From the NCBI GenBank assembly GCA_963698975.1, contig CAVOSV010000001.1:482514-546513 (forward strand): DNA of 64,000 bases. The letters are read 5' to 3'. Of the stretch, positions 8,416 through 18,004 are shown piece after piece. The notes below the pieces were generated by a model. It searched no databases. It was not told the origin of the DNA and saw only the letters and a program-made list of their open reading frames with translations. The stretch's first letter is position 1, and each line of letters opens with the position of its first letter. The position numbers were made by a program, and so were the translations under genes. This DNA comes from an uncultured Gemmatimonadales bacterium (lineage in GTDB: Bacteria > Gemmatimonadota > Gemmatimonadetes > Gemmatimonadales > GWC2-71-9).

Positions 8416-10946
8416 AAGCGGCGCCCTGCAGTGAGCCGGTGAATTCGCTCACTCAAATCGAGGAAGCGAATGTCCACCGCAATAGCTCGTTCGTAGCTGG
8501 CCATAGCTTCGGCTCTCTTCCCCAGGGCTTCGGATGCCCGGCCTAACCAATAGAGCAGGCCGATCTTGGCTTCGTCGGTTCCATCCACGCCTTCCACAGC
8601 ACGGCGGAGCACCGATTCGCACACAGCGTACTGCCCCTTCTCGAAGAATGCCATGCCAAGTGCCTCAGAGGTGCGCAGACGACCCTCCGAAGCCCGCAGC
8701 GCTTTCTGGAACTCAGCGATGGCCTCATCCAGCAGGCCCATCTCCTTGAATGCGACGCCAAGATCATAATGCGACTGGTAGTCATCGGACTCCAGGTTTT
8801 CGTCGATGCCACGCTTAAACTGCTCCAGGATTTCATGAAACTCGCGCTGCTCATCCTGATCCTTGGGCTCGCGGCGATTTACCCGCATACGCGTGTCGCG
8901 AGGGCCCTTTTCGTCCCGCAGCATGGAGCCGAGGTCTACGAACTCCTCGTCGGATGAGGCCGGCGCTCGACTTGCCCGCGGGGCTGAAGCCGCCGGAGTT
9001 GGGCTCGGAGCCGGAGCTGTAGGTGGTTGCGATGCAGCCAGGCTGGGGCTCGGGCTCAGCGGCGGTGACGGCTGTGCCGGCGGTTTCGGCGCGGTCTCGT
9101 TGCGAGTAGATGGAGCAGGCGGGGGTGGGGGCGACTTGGTCTCTCCACCGACTCGTTCCAGAGCAGCGGAGGCCCGGACGTTGCCGGGATCGTGTTCGAT
9201 CACACGGCCGTACACTGCGGCTGCTTTGTCTAGAGCGCCTGATTTGGCCAGAGCGTCGCCCAGACCGAGATACGCCTCCAGCAGCGGTCCCCGATCTCCG
9301 GTTCGGTAGGCCAGCTCCACTCGCTTCTGGTGGTGCCCAATACTGTCAGGCGCCAGTTGAACCAGCTGATCGGCCATCTGAGAAGCGCGGGTCCAATCCT
9401 GTCGATCCTCAAATCCCGCCAGTGCCAACTCGAGCTCTTCCGCCACCCTGTCGTTTTCGCCCAGGGCCAGCAGCTTCTCCGCCAAGGCCAGGTGCACATC
9501 GGGGTTCTCGGGATCATCCAGCACCCGATTCTCCAGGTCCGCCAAGGAGTCGCTCGAAGAAGGCGGCGAACTGATCTGCGGTGGACTATGGCCGACTATG
9601 TCAGCTCCGAGCGAGAGGCTGGAGTCATCGGAGCCGGATACACCGGGGAGCGTGCTGAATCCCGTATCGCTGTCCGGCAGCGACACAATGAGATCATCAG
9701 GAAAATCCAGCGGACTCTTGGGGGCATCCACGGAGAAGTCCAGCGGGCTCGCCTGATCGGTGGCAAAGCTGTTCAGTGGTATTTCCTGAATCCCATCCAG
9801 GCTCATCGGCTCGAAATCGAGGCTGGAGGACTCCCCACCCCGCTGGATATCGAGCGGCGCCGTCAGATCGACGAGTGGCTCGACGGTGTCTCCGAGGCGT
9901 TCGATTCCCAGCAGTGAGTCTGTCCCCGAGCTGCTGGGAGGTTCCTCAGAAACCAGCGGACTGACTGCCAGGTCGGCGGCCCCGGTCATCGCCCCGAAGT
10001 CCTCATTTACCAGCAGTCCCTCGGGTACGCTGGATTCAGCCTCCGGCACGCTGGGTTCGGCATCCGCCACGCCGGGTTCGTCCTCCGCCGCACTGGGTTC
10101 GTCCTCCGCCGCACTGGGTTCGGCCTCCGCCACGCTGGCGTCGGGCTCGCTGACCGGTTCCACGGGTGGTAGTTGGACCGGCTCCGCCTCTGCAGCCGGC
10201 GGTGGAGACTCCTTTGCCGGCCTGGAATAAACCTGAGCGCGGGGTGGGCTGATGGGCACATCTAGGCCGGTGTCGAGAAAGATCAGATCGCCTCTTTTTG
10301 GAGACGAGCCCGGCGTTGCGGCGGGAGGCGCAGGATGATCCTGATCCAGTCCGTGGAGCCGTTCGCGGGTTTTCCGGGCTCCCGTCCTGTCGCCTGCGGC
10401 CTCGAGATCCTGGGCCATCTTCTCCAGCTGTTCCCGCGCCTCATCCCCCCGGGACGTGGCCCGAAGCAGGTCAACCAGCATGCTCCGAATTTCCTGGCTT
10501 CCGGAGAACTGGTCCGCAAACAGCTTTACCGCCTGGAAGGCCTGATCCAGCTGGCCCAGCGCGTTCATGCGCTCGAGGAACTCGATCAGGTTCCGTTTGG
10601 CCTCACTTACCACGTTCTTGCGGGCGTGGAGCTGACAGAGCTTCAGGTAGGTCTGAGTCCGGCCGGGGTTTACCCGGAGGATCTTGCCACAAAGCGCTAT
10701 GGCGTTGTTGAAGAAGCCCTGGTCAGCGTAGAGGTCGACCGCCCGTTCATAAGACCGGACGGCTTCGGTGGAGTCGTTGATCTTGAGGTAGAGGTCGCCT
10801 ACCCGGTTATAGAGCGAGAGATCGGGAGTGGTTTCCGCACCCGATTCGGCCTGTTGAATGGCCTTCAGGTAGACTTCGATGGCTTTTCGCCAATCCTCCT
10901 TTTGTTCCAGCTTCCGCGCCGTGTCTTTCAGCTTTTCCAGATTCAT
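8412..10946 (-). CDS. Large TPR protein with a central acidic/Pro-Ser-rich low-complexity region
   Basis: ATG at 10946 (MNLEKLKDTARKLEQKEDWRKAIEVYLKAI). The track start at 11042 is a TTG. TPRs occur at both ends, with a ~350-aa disordered middle containing SPLDF-like motifs. The C-terminus has YQSHYDLGVAFKEMGLLDEAIAEFQKAL. Confidence 0.75.
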   Translation of the reverse strand: MNLEKLKDTARKLEQKEDWRKAIEVYLKAIQQAESGAETTPDLSLYNRVGDLYLKINDSTEAVRSYERAVDLYADQGFFNNAIALCGKILRVNPGRTQTYLKLCQLHARKNVVSEAKRNLIEFLERMNALGQLDQAFQAVKLFADQFSGSQEIRSMLVDLLRATSRGDEAREQLEKMAQDLEAAGDRTGARKTRERLHGLDQDHPAPPAATPGSSPKRGDLIFLDTGLDVPISPPRAQVYSRPAKESPPPAAEAEPVQLPPVEPVSEPDASVAEAEPSAAEDEPSAAEDEPGVADAEPSVPEAESSVPEGLLVNEDFGAMTGAADLAVSPLVSEEPPSSSGTDSLLGIERLGDTVEPLVDLTAPLDIQRGGESSSLDFEPMSLDGIQEIPLNSFATDQASPLDFSVDAPKSPLDFPDDLIVSLPDSDTGFSTLPGVSGSDDSSLSLGADIVGHSPPQISSPPSSSDSLADLENRVLDDPENPDVHLALAEKLLALGENDRVAEELELALAGFEDRQDWTRASQMADQLVQLAPDSIGHHQKRVELAYRTGDRGPLLEAYLGLGDALAKSGALDKAAAVYGRVIEHDPGNVRASAALERVGGETKSPPPPPAPSTRNETAPKPPAQPSPPLSPSPSLAASQPPTAPAPSPTPAASAPRASRAPASSDEEFVDLGSMLRDEKGPRDTRMRVNRREPKDQDEQREFHEILEQFKRGIDENLESDDYQSHYDLGVAFKEMGLLDEAIAEFQKALRASEGRLRTSEALGMAFFEKGQYAVCESVLRRAVEGVDGTDEAKIGLLYWLGRASEALGKRAEAMASYERAIAVDIRFLDLSERIHRLTAGRRL
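10020..10150 (-). repeat. Tandem 21-bp (7-codon) coding repeat, ~5-6 copies
   Basis: The + strand shows GGGTTCGTCCTCCGCCGCACT repeated perfectly twice, flanked by degenerate copies. It encodes EPSAAED-EPSAAED-EPGVADA-EPSVPEA-ESSVPEG inside the large TPR protein. Confidence 0.8.
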
Positions 10947-11098
10947 GCGGCCCGGGGCTGAGGAGGAGAAAAGAGAGATAAGATTTGGAGTGCGCGAAAG
11001 ATACCGGGCGGCTAAAACCCGGGCAAGCGCACGATAGTGCAACGATTTGCATGCATCACACCAGTGTCAACGAATCGTTAAGGAAGGAAAGAAGCCGG

Positions 11099-12634
11099 CT
11101 ATGTCCCAGGCTGGGGGTCGAAGTCGCCCTCCATTACCCCGCGAGCCACCCGCTCTAAATCCGGTCCGGGTGGCCGGTCGGCAGTGAGCGGAGGTACCGG
11201 CGGGTCGAGCGTGCGCAGCTGGTGATACAGCCGGCCTACCCCAGTGCCAGGCTTCAACGGCTTCAGATACTCCAGTCCCTGCCCAGCGCAGAGGAGCTCG
11301 GCCGCCACGACCCGCTGCGCGTTGACCAGGATCCGGCCCGCCTTGTAGGCGGCCGCCATTCCCATCGGAACGAAGTCTTCCTGGTTGGCGTCAGTGGGGA
11401 TCGACCCGATGCTCGCCGGCATGGCCAGCGCTCGTGACTCGGCCACCAGCGAGGCCGCGGCGATCTGAACCATCATCAACCCGGAGCACAGACCTGGATC
11501 ACTGGTGAGGAAGGCGGGGAGGCCCTGGGAAAGGTCCGGATTGACCAACCGCTCTACCCGCCTTTCGGCAATGGCCTGCAGGGTGGTCAGAGTCAGTGCC
11601 AGGATGTCTAGCGCTTGAGCAACCGGTTGCCCGTGGAAGTTTCCTCCCGAGATCACCTCTCCGTTCTCGAAGACGAGCGGGTTATCGGTGGAGGCGTTGA
11701 GCTCCACGTTGGCGGTCTGCTCGGCAAAGGCAATAGCGTCGGCCACTGCGCCCAGCACTTGAGGAGCACACCGGAGGCTGTACGCATCCTGCACCCGGGG
11801 ATCGTTCTCCCGGTGGGATTCACGGATCTCGCTGTTCTCCAGCAGCTCGCGCATCAGCGCTGCCGCCCGACTCTGACCGGGGTGTGGGCGGGACTGGTGG
11901 ATGCGCGGATCGAGGGGAGCCGGCGTTCCGCGCAGCGCTTCCAAGGTCATCGCTGCCGCAGCGACCGCGGTGCGCCAGAGTATCTTCGCGTCGTGCACCA
12001 TCATCGCCAGCATCGCGGTTTGCGCCTGAGTGCCATTGATGAAGGCAATGCCCTCTTTCGGGGCAAAGCGGTAGGGCGTAAGGCGAGCAGCCTTGAGGGC
12101 AGCGTCGGCGGGCGCCGGTGCAGTCTGGTTGGAGAGCACATGGCCTTCGCCCATTAGGGCGAGTCCGATGTGACTGAGTGGTGCCAGGTCTCCGCTTGCC
12201 CCAACGCTTCCCTGCTCGGGAACGAGGGGAACTACTCCGGCATTGAGCAGGGCCACCAGCGCGTCCACCAGCTCCGGACGCACGCCGCTGGTCGGCCGCA
12301 GCAGCACGTTCGCGCGGAGCAGCATCACGCCTCGCACCACCGACGGGGGTAGCGGTGCCCCGACGCCTGACGCATGACTGCGAATGAGATTGGTCTGGAG
12401 TTGATCGAGCTGGTCGGCGGGAACCCTGACGTTCGCCAGCTTCCCGAATCCGGTGTTGATCCCGTAGATCGTCTGGCCCGAGTGAATCGCCCGCTCCACC
12501 AGCTGCCGGCTCTGGGCTAACGCCGTTCGGGCAGCCGGGTCGATCGAGACCCGGCTGGCAGGGTTCCGTGCGATCGCAACCACGTTCTCAATACTGAGTG
12601 AGCGGCCGTCAAGAACGCAGTCGGTGCGAGCCAT
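11099..12634 (-). CDS. hutH: Histidine ammonia-lyase (MIO-dependent aromatic amino-acid lyase family)
   Basis: 511 aa with the MIO-forming triad in GSVGASGDLAPLSHI, plus YGINTGFGKLA and LIRSHASGVG. The Ser-His pair is typical of HAL rather than PAL/TAL. Confidence 0.85.
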   Translation of the reverse strand: MARTDCVLDGRSLSIENVVAIARNPASRVSIDPAARTALAQSRQLVERAIHSGQTIYGINTGFGKLANVRVPADQLDQLQTNLIRSHASGVGAPLPPSVVRGVMLLRANVLLRPTSGVRPELVDALVALLNAGVVPLVPEQGSVGASGDLAPLSHIGLALMGEGHVLSNQTAPAPADAALKAARLTPYRFAPKEGIAFINGTQAQTAMLAMMVHDAKILWRTAVAAAAMTLEALRGTPAPLDPRIHQSRPHPGQSRAAALMRELLENSEIRESHRENDPRVQDAYSLRCAPQVLGAVADAIAFAEQTANVELNASTDNPLVFENGEVISGGNFHGQPVAQALDILALTLTTLQAIAERRVERLVNPDLSQGLPAFLTSDPGLCSGLMMVQIAAASLVAESRALAMPASIGSIPTDANQEDFVPMGMAAAYKAGRILVNAQRVVAAELLCAGQGLEYLKPLKPGTGVGRLYHQLRTLDPPVPPLTADRPPGPDLERVARGVMEGDFDPQPGT

Positions 12635-12692
12635 CGCCCGAAGTTGACGCCGTTACGCTTCTGATTCAACCCCCGACTTTAGTCGACTGTTG

Positions 12693-13577
12693 TCAGGGCG
12701 TGGCTCCGTTCCTTGCCACGAGAAGCTCCGGGTTCCCTGGATCGGTCTGGTAAGCCCAATCCAGAATCATGAAACCGCGGCCGACATGGGTCACCCGGAC
12801 CGCACCGTACCGGAGAAACTGATCGCCCGCCTCCATCTCGAATACGTAACCCATCCCGGGCGCCGCCTCGATCGGAGTGCTGGCATATCTGCTGCAGGTG
12901 CTGGGATCTGGCGCGCTGAAGCAGGGCGCGTCGTCAATGCTGGTCAGGTCCCCGACCGGGTCCTCGGAATAGAATTCCACCCCGGTCCCAGTCCTCATCG
13001 GCGTCAAGAAGAGTCGGCCCGAGCCGTCGCGGTCGACGTAGAAGTCGACATCACTGGAGGCGCCGTTCCGCACCCGCCCCAGCTCACCCTCCTCGACCAC
13101 GTTGTCGCCATCGTCGTCCCAGAACCGAAAGCCGCTGCTGTCTGATTTCACCTGAATAGGATAGAGGACCTGATTACGGCTGTCGGGCCTCGGGGTGTCG
13201 AAGACGCTCCGAGAACGGTTGCTCTCAGCCCCGGTCTGGTTGGCGGAGCTCACCGAGAAACAGCGGGGTACTCCGTTGACCATGGCTCCCACCAGGAACT
13301 CCGGGGCCACCGTGGTGCCTTCGAGCGTCCAGGAGGTGCCGCACGGCTCAGTGCCGGAAGGGGCGTCGATGTCGTAGGTGGTGCTATAGATCCGGTAGCT
13401 CTGAAAATTGTCGGGATCGGACTCATACGCGTTGTCGGGCCAGGTGAGTGCCACTGCTCCGTTGAGAGTGGTGCTGAACAGATCAGCCGGCACATCCGGA
13501 GGGTTACCGGGGCTGGTTTGGTCGGATGAGCAAGCCATGGCCAGCAGCAGGATCACCGGCAGACGCCAGCCTTGCAT
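12693..13577 (-). CDS. Hypothetical lipoprotein (possible Fn3-like N-domain)
   Basis: 294 aa. The signal peptide plus lipobox is MQGWRLPVILLLAMAC|SS. I recognise no catalytic motif. Confidence 0.6.
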   Translation of the reverse strand: MQGWRLPVILLLAMACSSDQTSPGNPPDVPADLFSTTLNGAVALTWPDNAYESDPDNFQSYRIYSTTYDIDAPSGTEPCGTSWTLEGTTVAPEFLVGAMVNGVPRCFSVSSANQTGAESNRSRSVFDTPRPDSRNQVLYPIQVKSDSSGFRFWDDDGDNVVEEGELGRVRNGASSDVDFYVDRDGSGRLFLTPMRTGTGVEFYSEDPVGDLTSIDDAPCFSAPDPSTCSRYASTPIEAAPGMGYVFEMEAGDQFLRYGAVRVTHVGRGFMILDWAYQTDPGNPELLVARNGATP

Positions 13578-13706
13578 ACAGAGCTCCGGAGAGGGATGGC
13601 GAAACCCATGGCAGATCGCGTGCCAGTGCCGGAGCTCCGGAATAGAACGGAGTTAGAAGACAGGCCGACAGCGGACTCGAAGGGGAGTGTCCTCAAGCGA
13701 GGACAG

Positions 13707-16700
13707 TTATTGGTCGAAGGTGGTCTGGTTATAGTCGAACTTCAGGTCCGGCAGGTCGGTCAGATAAATCGAGAAATAAAACGCAAAGTTGCCGTTGGCG
13801 TTGCGGGTGAAGTTGAAGCCCGCCCGCCACTCGTGCAGCTGCCGCTCCAGGCGAACCACCTGAGACTCGAACTTGGTGTCGGTAATGTTGTACTGCGACG
13901 ACCAGGACAGCGTCCAGAACGGAGTGGGCGAAAAGCCGGTGCTGAACCCCAGATTCTGCTGCCCGGGCGTACTTGGCAAGCCAGGGATCGGCCGAGTGCG
14001 GGACAAGGTGTAATTGAAGTTGGCCGTGAACTCGCGCCCACCGCCACTGAACGGGACCCGTCCGCTGTTGTAGAACGATCGGTTGCGCCGCCCGGCATCG
14101 ACCACATAGGAGGAGGGGACGTTTTCCCGCCGCCCCGATGGCCCCTTGCCCAACCCAAAGATCGAGCCGATGGAGCGGAGGGTGTTCCCGGAGATCGCAA
14201 AGCTCGCGCTGACATTGCTCAGAAACGGGTCAAACTTGGAAGTGTCGACGCCCACTGGTCCGCGCCAGAGGTCATGGGTGAAGCTGAGGGTGAACTGCGG
14301 CAGCAAGTCACTGAGCAGAGAATTCGTAATCGATGGTGTCGTCCAGCCCGTTCGTCCAGGCTTTTTGGCTTGCTCGAAGTCATAGCTGATCGGTGTGGTG
14401 TTGATGCTCAGCACGCGGAACTTGCGGGCCTCGGCATCAGAGGTGTCGCCCGATGCCCGCTTGGCCTTGGCCTCGAAGGTCTGCGACAGTCCCAGGCTCA
14501 TCGTTTGGGTGGCATCGCTTCGCAGCTGAAGTGGCTGCCCCCCAATTTGGATAGCCTGGGCGTATTCCAGCGGCACCGACGCCGCGGGCGAATAGTTCCA
14601 GCTCAAATTCGGCGAGAGGCTGTGCCTGATGCGGCTGGCAAAGCCGAAGCCCGGTAGAAAGGCAAACAGGGTCGGCGAAGCGGTAGCCGAGAACCGAAAG
14701 CGCTTTCCCTGGTGAACGAAGTCACCGTTGGTGTTCCGGTTTCGGATCAGGAAAGGACCGGATGAGGTCGTGTTCGCTACGCCCAGCGCCGGCTGCACCT
14801 TCCAGGAGCCGCGAAAGAGCACAGGAAGATTGATGCCGGTATTCCAATCCACTCCAGTCGAGAAATTGCCGTTAAAGATGCGGGTGAGTGTGATCGAATC
14901 GGTGGGATCCGGGGTAGTAGGATTGTCGAGCCGTACCACGGAGCTGTCCCGGCCAGTGCTTCGCTGATCAACCGCCGACAGTGAGTTCTGCCAGTTGAAA
15001 TTGCCGAGTCGCAGCGGGGTCTGAAAATCCAGTGTGGTGGTCCGGCGCCCGCCCACCTGCGCCACCGTGTCCAGAATGTTCCCCGGCAGAACCGTCAGCA
15101 GCGAGTCCAGCGGAGTCTTGGACTCGGTGTTATTGGTAAAGCTGAACCCGGGCGACCAGGTGAAGAACGATCCAATCGCAATCGATGCCGGAGAGATCGT
15201 CACCGCAGGCAGCAACTGCTGGACGCTGCCATCGGAGAGACTCTGCCGGCGATTGCCGCCGATGGTCAGAGTTCCCCATCCATAACGTTTGGAAAAATTC
15301 AGCGAGCTGGTGATCTGCTGGGTATTGAGCAGCGGATCCACCGCATTCCGGTTGATGATCGAGGTGTTGCTCGCGTAATTGAGATCGAGGTTCAGGCTGG
15401 TTGAGAGATTGAAGGTCTGCCGGTGATCCCACCGCACCGTGGCCGACGACCCACCGTCAGTCTCCAGCTGCCTGCTGAACGCCACCGCGCCGTCCACGAA
15501 CCGATTGATCCAGTTGTACGAACCCGCTATTCCATACTGTAGGTAACGATTCGAGTACCAATCAAGCCGAGCTGTCAGATCGATGTAATCATTGGGGGCC
15601 CAGTAATACCCGATATTCGCGATCTGGCGATTGTATCCGGGATTAGTCCGGACCAGGTCATTGAAACCGAATTGTGGAATGAGAATGCCCGAGTGCCGTC
15701 CGGGGCGCATGTCCTGAAAAAGGAATGGCAGCCACAGCACCGGCACGTCGCGAACGTAGAGGACGACCGGCCGAGCGACCAGCACATTCTGAGAGACCCA
15801 CTTCACTTCCCGGCCCGCAAAGTGATAGTGCGGTATCGGAAGATCGCAGCTGGTAATCTCGCTTGATGCCGCGTAGATGCGACTCGAGCTGGAGTCCTGC
15901 GAGACGTTGCCCCGAAGAAACCAGACGCTGCCCGCCTCGGTAAAGTTCGTCAGCGCGTCCGTGATCACGCCGCGCCGGGTGCACGTGTCGTATCGGATCC
16001 CCTCGCCCACCATGACCTGTCCCCGATCGAACAGCTTGGGATCACCGGTGGCATCCAGCACACAGCTGGAACGTCGGTAGGTGATGCTGCCGGCCTCCAG
16101 TGAAGTGCCCCGTCGTTCGGTCAGGGCCTCGCCGTTCAAAAGGACACGCTGATCCTGGACAAACACCGTGGCGGAATCCGCCCGATATCGGGTGCTTTGG
16201 TACCCGGGACGGGCGAGTAGCTCAGTGATCACCGAGTCCGGGCTTGCAAAGCTGCGCGTGGGTCCGGTAGGTAGGCCCATGCGGCGCGCCGAGGCCGAGT
16301 CCAGGGTCTGTCCTCGCCGTGCCCGGGTCGAGTCAGCCAGGGTGGTATCCGGACGCGCCGTCCGCGGCCGGCGCTGCTGAGCCGGTACCTGCGCTTCCGC
16401 CCGCGCACCTAGCAGCGCCAGGAGGAGAATCACGCCCGCAGTTTTACCCGTGAGCGACTCGCGCTCTGACCGGCGCCGTCGCCGCTGTAGAATGAGCGAG
16501 CCGGCAAACCCCACCTCATACAGTAAGATGAGCGGCAGGGTCATCATCGTCATGGAAAGCACGTCAGTGCCGGGTGACAGGACGGCGCCGGCGACAAACG
16601 CGAGCACGATGGCGTAGCGGCGGAACCGGTTCAGCTCGGCCGGCCCAACGACCCCCAGCCAGGACAGTATGATGATGATGAGCGGCAGCTCGAAAGACAG

Positions 16701-17204
16701 GCCGAGGGCCAACGTGACCTGCAGGACAAAGCTGAAGTAGGCGTCGTAGGTGATGAACGGAGCGATCGCTTCGCTCTGGAAGCTGAACAACACGCGGAGG
16801 GCCTGAGGTACCACGAAGCGGTAGGCCAAACCCATGCCGGTCAAAAACAGCCCCAGCCCGACGAAGAGTGAAGGCACCAGAGCACGCTTCTCCCGCTGGT
16901 ACAAGGCGGGAGCCAGGAAGGCCCAGGTTTGCCACAGGATAACCGGGGAGGCGAGCACCAGGCCTACCAGCAGGCCCAGCTTGAGCACGATCATTACCGG
17001 CTCAGTGGGGCTGGTGACGACCAGCTTGCCACCAGTGAGATACGGCGCGATCGGTTCCTTCAGCACGCTGACCAGCTGGAACCGCTGGACCAGCCACAAC
17101 CCCAACCCACACCCCACCACCACGGCGGCCAGCGAACGGAGGATTCTGTGCCGCAATTCCTCGAGATGATCGAGGAACGGCATTTCTCCGGCATCGCCCA
17201 TCAT
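13707..17204 (-). CDS. tatC: Single ORF fusing TatC (aa ~1-245) to an LptD/OstA-like outer-membrane beta-barrel protein (aa ~260-1165)
   Basis: The N-terminus MPFLDHLEELRHRILRSL... has six hydrophobic spans and ends LILQRRRRRSERE, which looks like a complete TatC. With no stop it continues into GVILLLALLGARAEA|Q, then OstA-like and barrel sequence (VLWLPFLFQDMRPGRHSGILIPQFGF; ends ...KFDYNQTTFDQ). The only in-frame start near the junction is a GTG at 16433. Confidence 0.7.
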   Translation of the reverse strand: MMGDAGEMPFLDHLEELRHRILRSLAAVVVGCGLGLWLVQRFQLVSVLKEPIAPYLTGGKLVVTSPTEPVMIVLKLGLLVGLVLASPVILWQTWAFLAPALYQREKRALVPSLFVGLGLFLTGMGLAYRFVVPQALRVLFSFQSEAIAPFITYDAYFSFVLQVTLALGLSFELPLIIIILSWLGVVGPAELNRFRRYAIVLAFVAGAVLSPGTDVLSMTMMTLPLILLYEVGFAGSLILQRRRRRSERESLTGKTAGVILLLALLGARAEAQVPAQQRRPRTARPDTTLADSTRARRGQTLDSASARRMGLPTGPTRSFASPDSVITELLARPGYQSTRYRADSATVFVQDQRVLLNGEALTERRGTSLEAGSITYRRSSCVLDATGDPKLFDRGQVMVGEGIRYDTCTRRGVITDALTNFTEAGSVWFLRGNVSQDSSSSRIYAASSEITSCDLPIPHYHFAGREVKWVSQNVLVARPVVLYVRDVPVLWLPFLFQDMRPGRHSGILIPQFGFNDLVRTNPGYNRQIANIGYYWAPNDYIDLTARLDWYSNRYLQYGIAGSYNWINRFVDGAVAFSRQLETDGGSSATVRWDHRQTFNLSTSLNLDLNYASNTSIINRNAVDPLLNTQQITSSLNFSKRYGWGTLTIGGNRRQSLSDGSVQQLLPAVTISPASIAIGSFFTWSPGFSFTNNTESKTPLDSLLTVLPGNILDTVAQVGGRRTTTLDFQTPLRLGNFNWQNSLSAVDQRSTGRDSSVVRLDNPTTPDPTDSITLTRIFNGNFSTGVDWNTGINLPVLFRGSWKVQPALGVANTTSSGPFLIRNRNTNGDFVHQGKRFRFSATASPTLFAFLPGFGFASRIRHSLSPNLSWNYSPAASVPLEYAQAIQIGGQPLQLRSDATQTMSLGLSQTFEAKAKRASGDTSDAEARKFRVLSINTTPISYDFEQAKKPGRTGWTTPSITNSLLSDLLPQFTLSFTHDLWRGPVGVDTSKFDPFLSNVSASFAISGNTLRSIGSIFGLGKGPSGRRENVPSSYVVDAGRRNRSFYNSGRVPFSGGGREFTANFNYTLSRTRPIPGLPSTPGQQNLGFSTGFSPTPFWTLSWSSQYNITDTKFESQVVRLERQLHEWRAGFNFTRNANGNFAFYFSIYLTDLPDLKFDYNQTTFDQ

Positions 17205-17221
17205 GGAGGGAGACGCCCGGG

Positions 17222-18004
17222 CTACCGCCCGAGCGCCTTCAGTCGATCACGAGCCAGGGCTGCTTCATCGGACTGGGGGTACCGCTGTACCACGCGCTGA
17301 TACGCGTCCCTGGCCTTCTTGGTGTCCTTCCTCCGTTCGGCCAGCAGACCCAGGTTGTACAGGGCCGAGCTTGCGCGGGAGGAGGTGGGATACTTCTGCA
17401 TTACCTGCTCGTAGTACGCAGCCGCTGAGTCGGGGTTCTCTGCCGCGAAGCTTTGCCCAATGAAGTAGAGGGCGTCTCCGGCTCGATCGCTATTGGGATA
17501 GACCCGAAGCATTTCCCGCAGGCCGAGACGGGCCGTGGAGGTGCTGCCTCGCCGGAGTTGTGCCAGCGACGCTTCGTACATCTGATCGGCCGAGGCCGCC
17601 GAGCTCGCTCCTGGCCGGTTGGTATCGCCGGGTGCGGCGGTAGCCAGCTGCTCGCCCCGCGCCTCGAGCTGAGTGCGCAGCTCGCTCAGACGCTGCTGGC
17701 TCTGGCCGGTGAGCTCCTGTAATTGCACCAGCTGCTGCTGGATATTGTACAGGTCGCTGGCAAGGTCTCCGCGCAACTGCCCCACCGCTCGACGGCTGGA
17801 GGTGAGCGAGTCCATGATGCGCTGCTGCACCCGGATCACCTCATTCAACTGTGCCGCGCGAACGGAATCCCGGCGTGCCGTTTCCGCCTTGAACAGAGCT
17901 ACGTCGTCCTGGACCCGCTGGATGTCGCCCTTGGAAACGCAGCCGGCGAGAACCCAGAGCACGGGAGCGCCGAGCCAGACCCTCAATCCCACAGAACCCG
18001 TCAC
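17222..18004 (-). CDS. cpoB: Tol-Pal system protein CpoB/YbgF
   Basis: 260 aa with lipobox LAGC, an N-terminal coiled coil (QQLVQLQELTGQSQQRLSELRTQLE) and C-terminal TPRs (ALYFIGQSF...ALYNLGLL). The GTG start overlaps the pal TGA (GTGA). Confidence 0.85.
   Translation of the reverse strand: MTGSVGLRVWLGAPVLWVLAGCVSKGDIQRVQDDVALFKAETARRDSVRAAQLNEVIRVQQRIMDSLTSSRRAVGQLRGDLASDLYNIQQQLVQLQELTGQSQQRLSELRTQLEARGEQLATAAPGDTNRPGASSAASADQMYEASLAQLRRGSTSTARLGLREMLRVYPNSDRAGDALYFIGQSFAAENPDSAAAYYEQVMQKYPTSSRASSALYNLGLLAERRKDTKKARDAYQRVVQRYPQSDEAALARDRLKALGR

Noticed and set aside
11099-12634. hutH stands alone, with no hutU, hutI or hutG nearby. It could therefore be a PAL/TAL or an aminomutase in a secondary-metabolite context.
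   Set aside because: The selectivity position reads Ser-His (LIRSHASG), as in histidine ammonia-lyases. The neighbours are a TPR protein and a lipoprotein, not biosynthetic genes. Scattered hut genes are common.
13579-13640. A perfect 12-nt palindrome CCGGAGCTCCGG (13629-13640), plus a partial copy GAGCTCCGGAG (13581-13591), lies upstream of the lipoprotein gene start. It could be an operator.
   Set aside because: It is too short and GC-rich to be significant in this genome. The proximal copy coincides with the likely ribosome-binding GGAG. There is no adjacent regulator.
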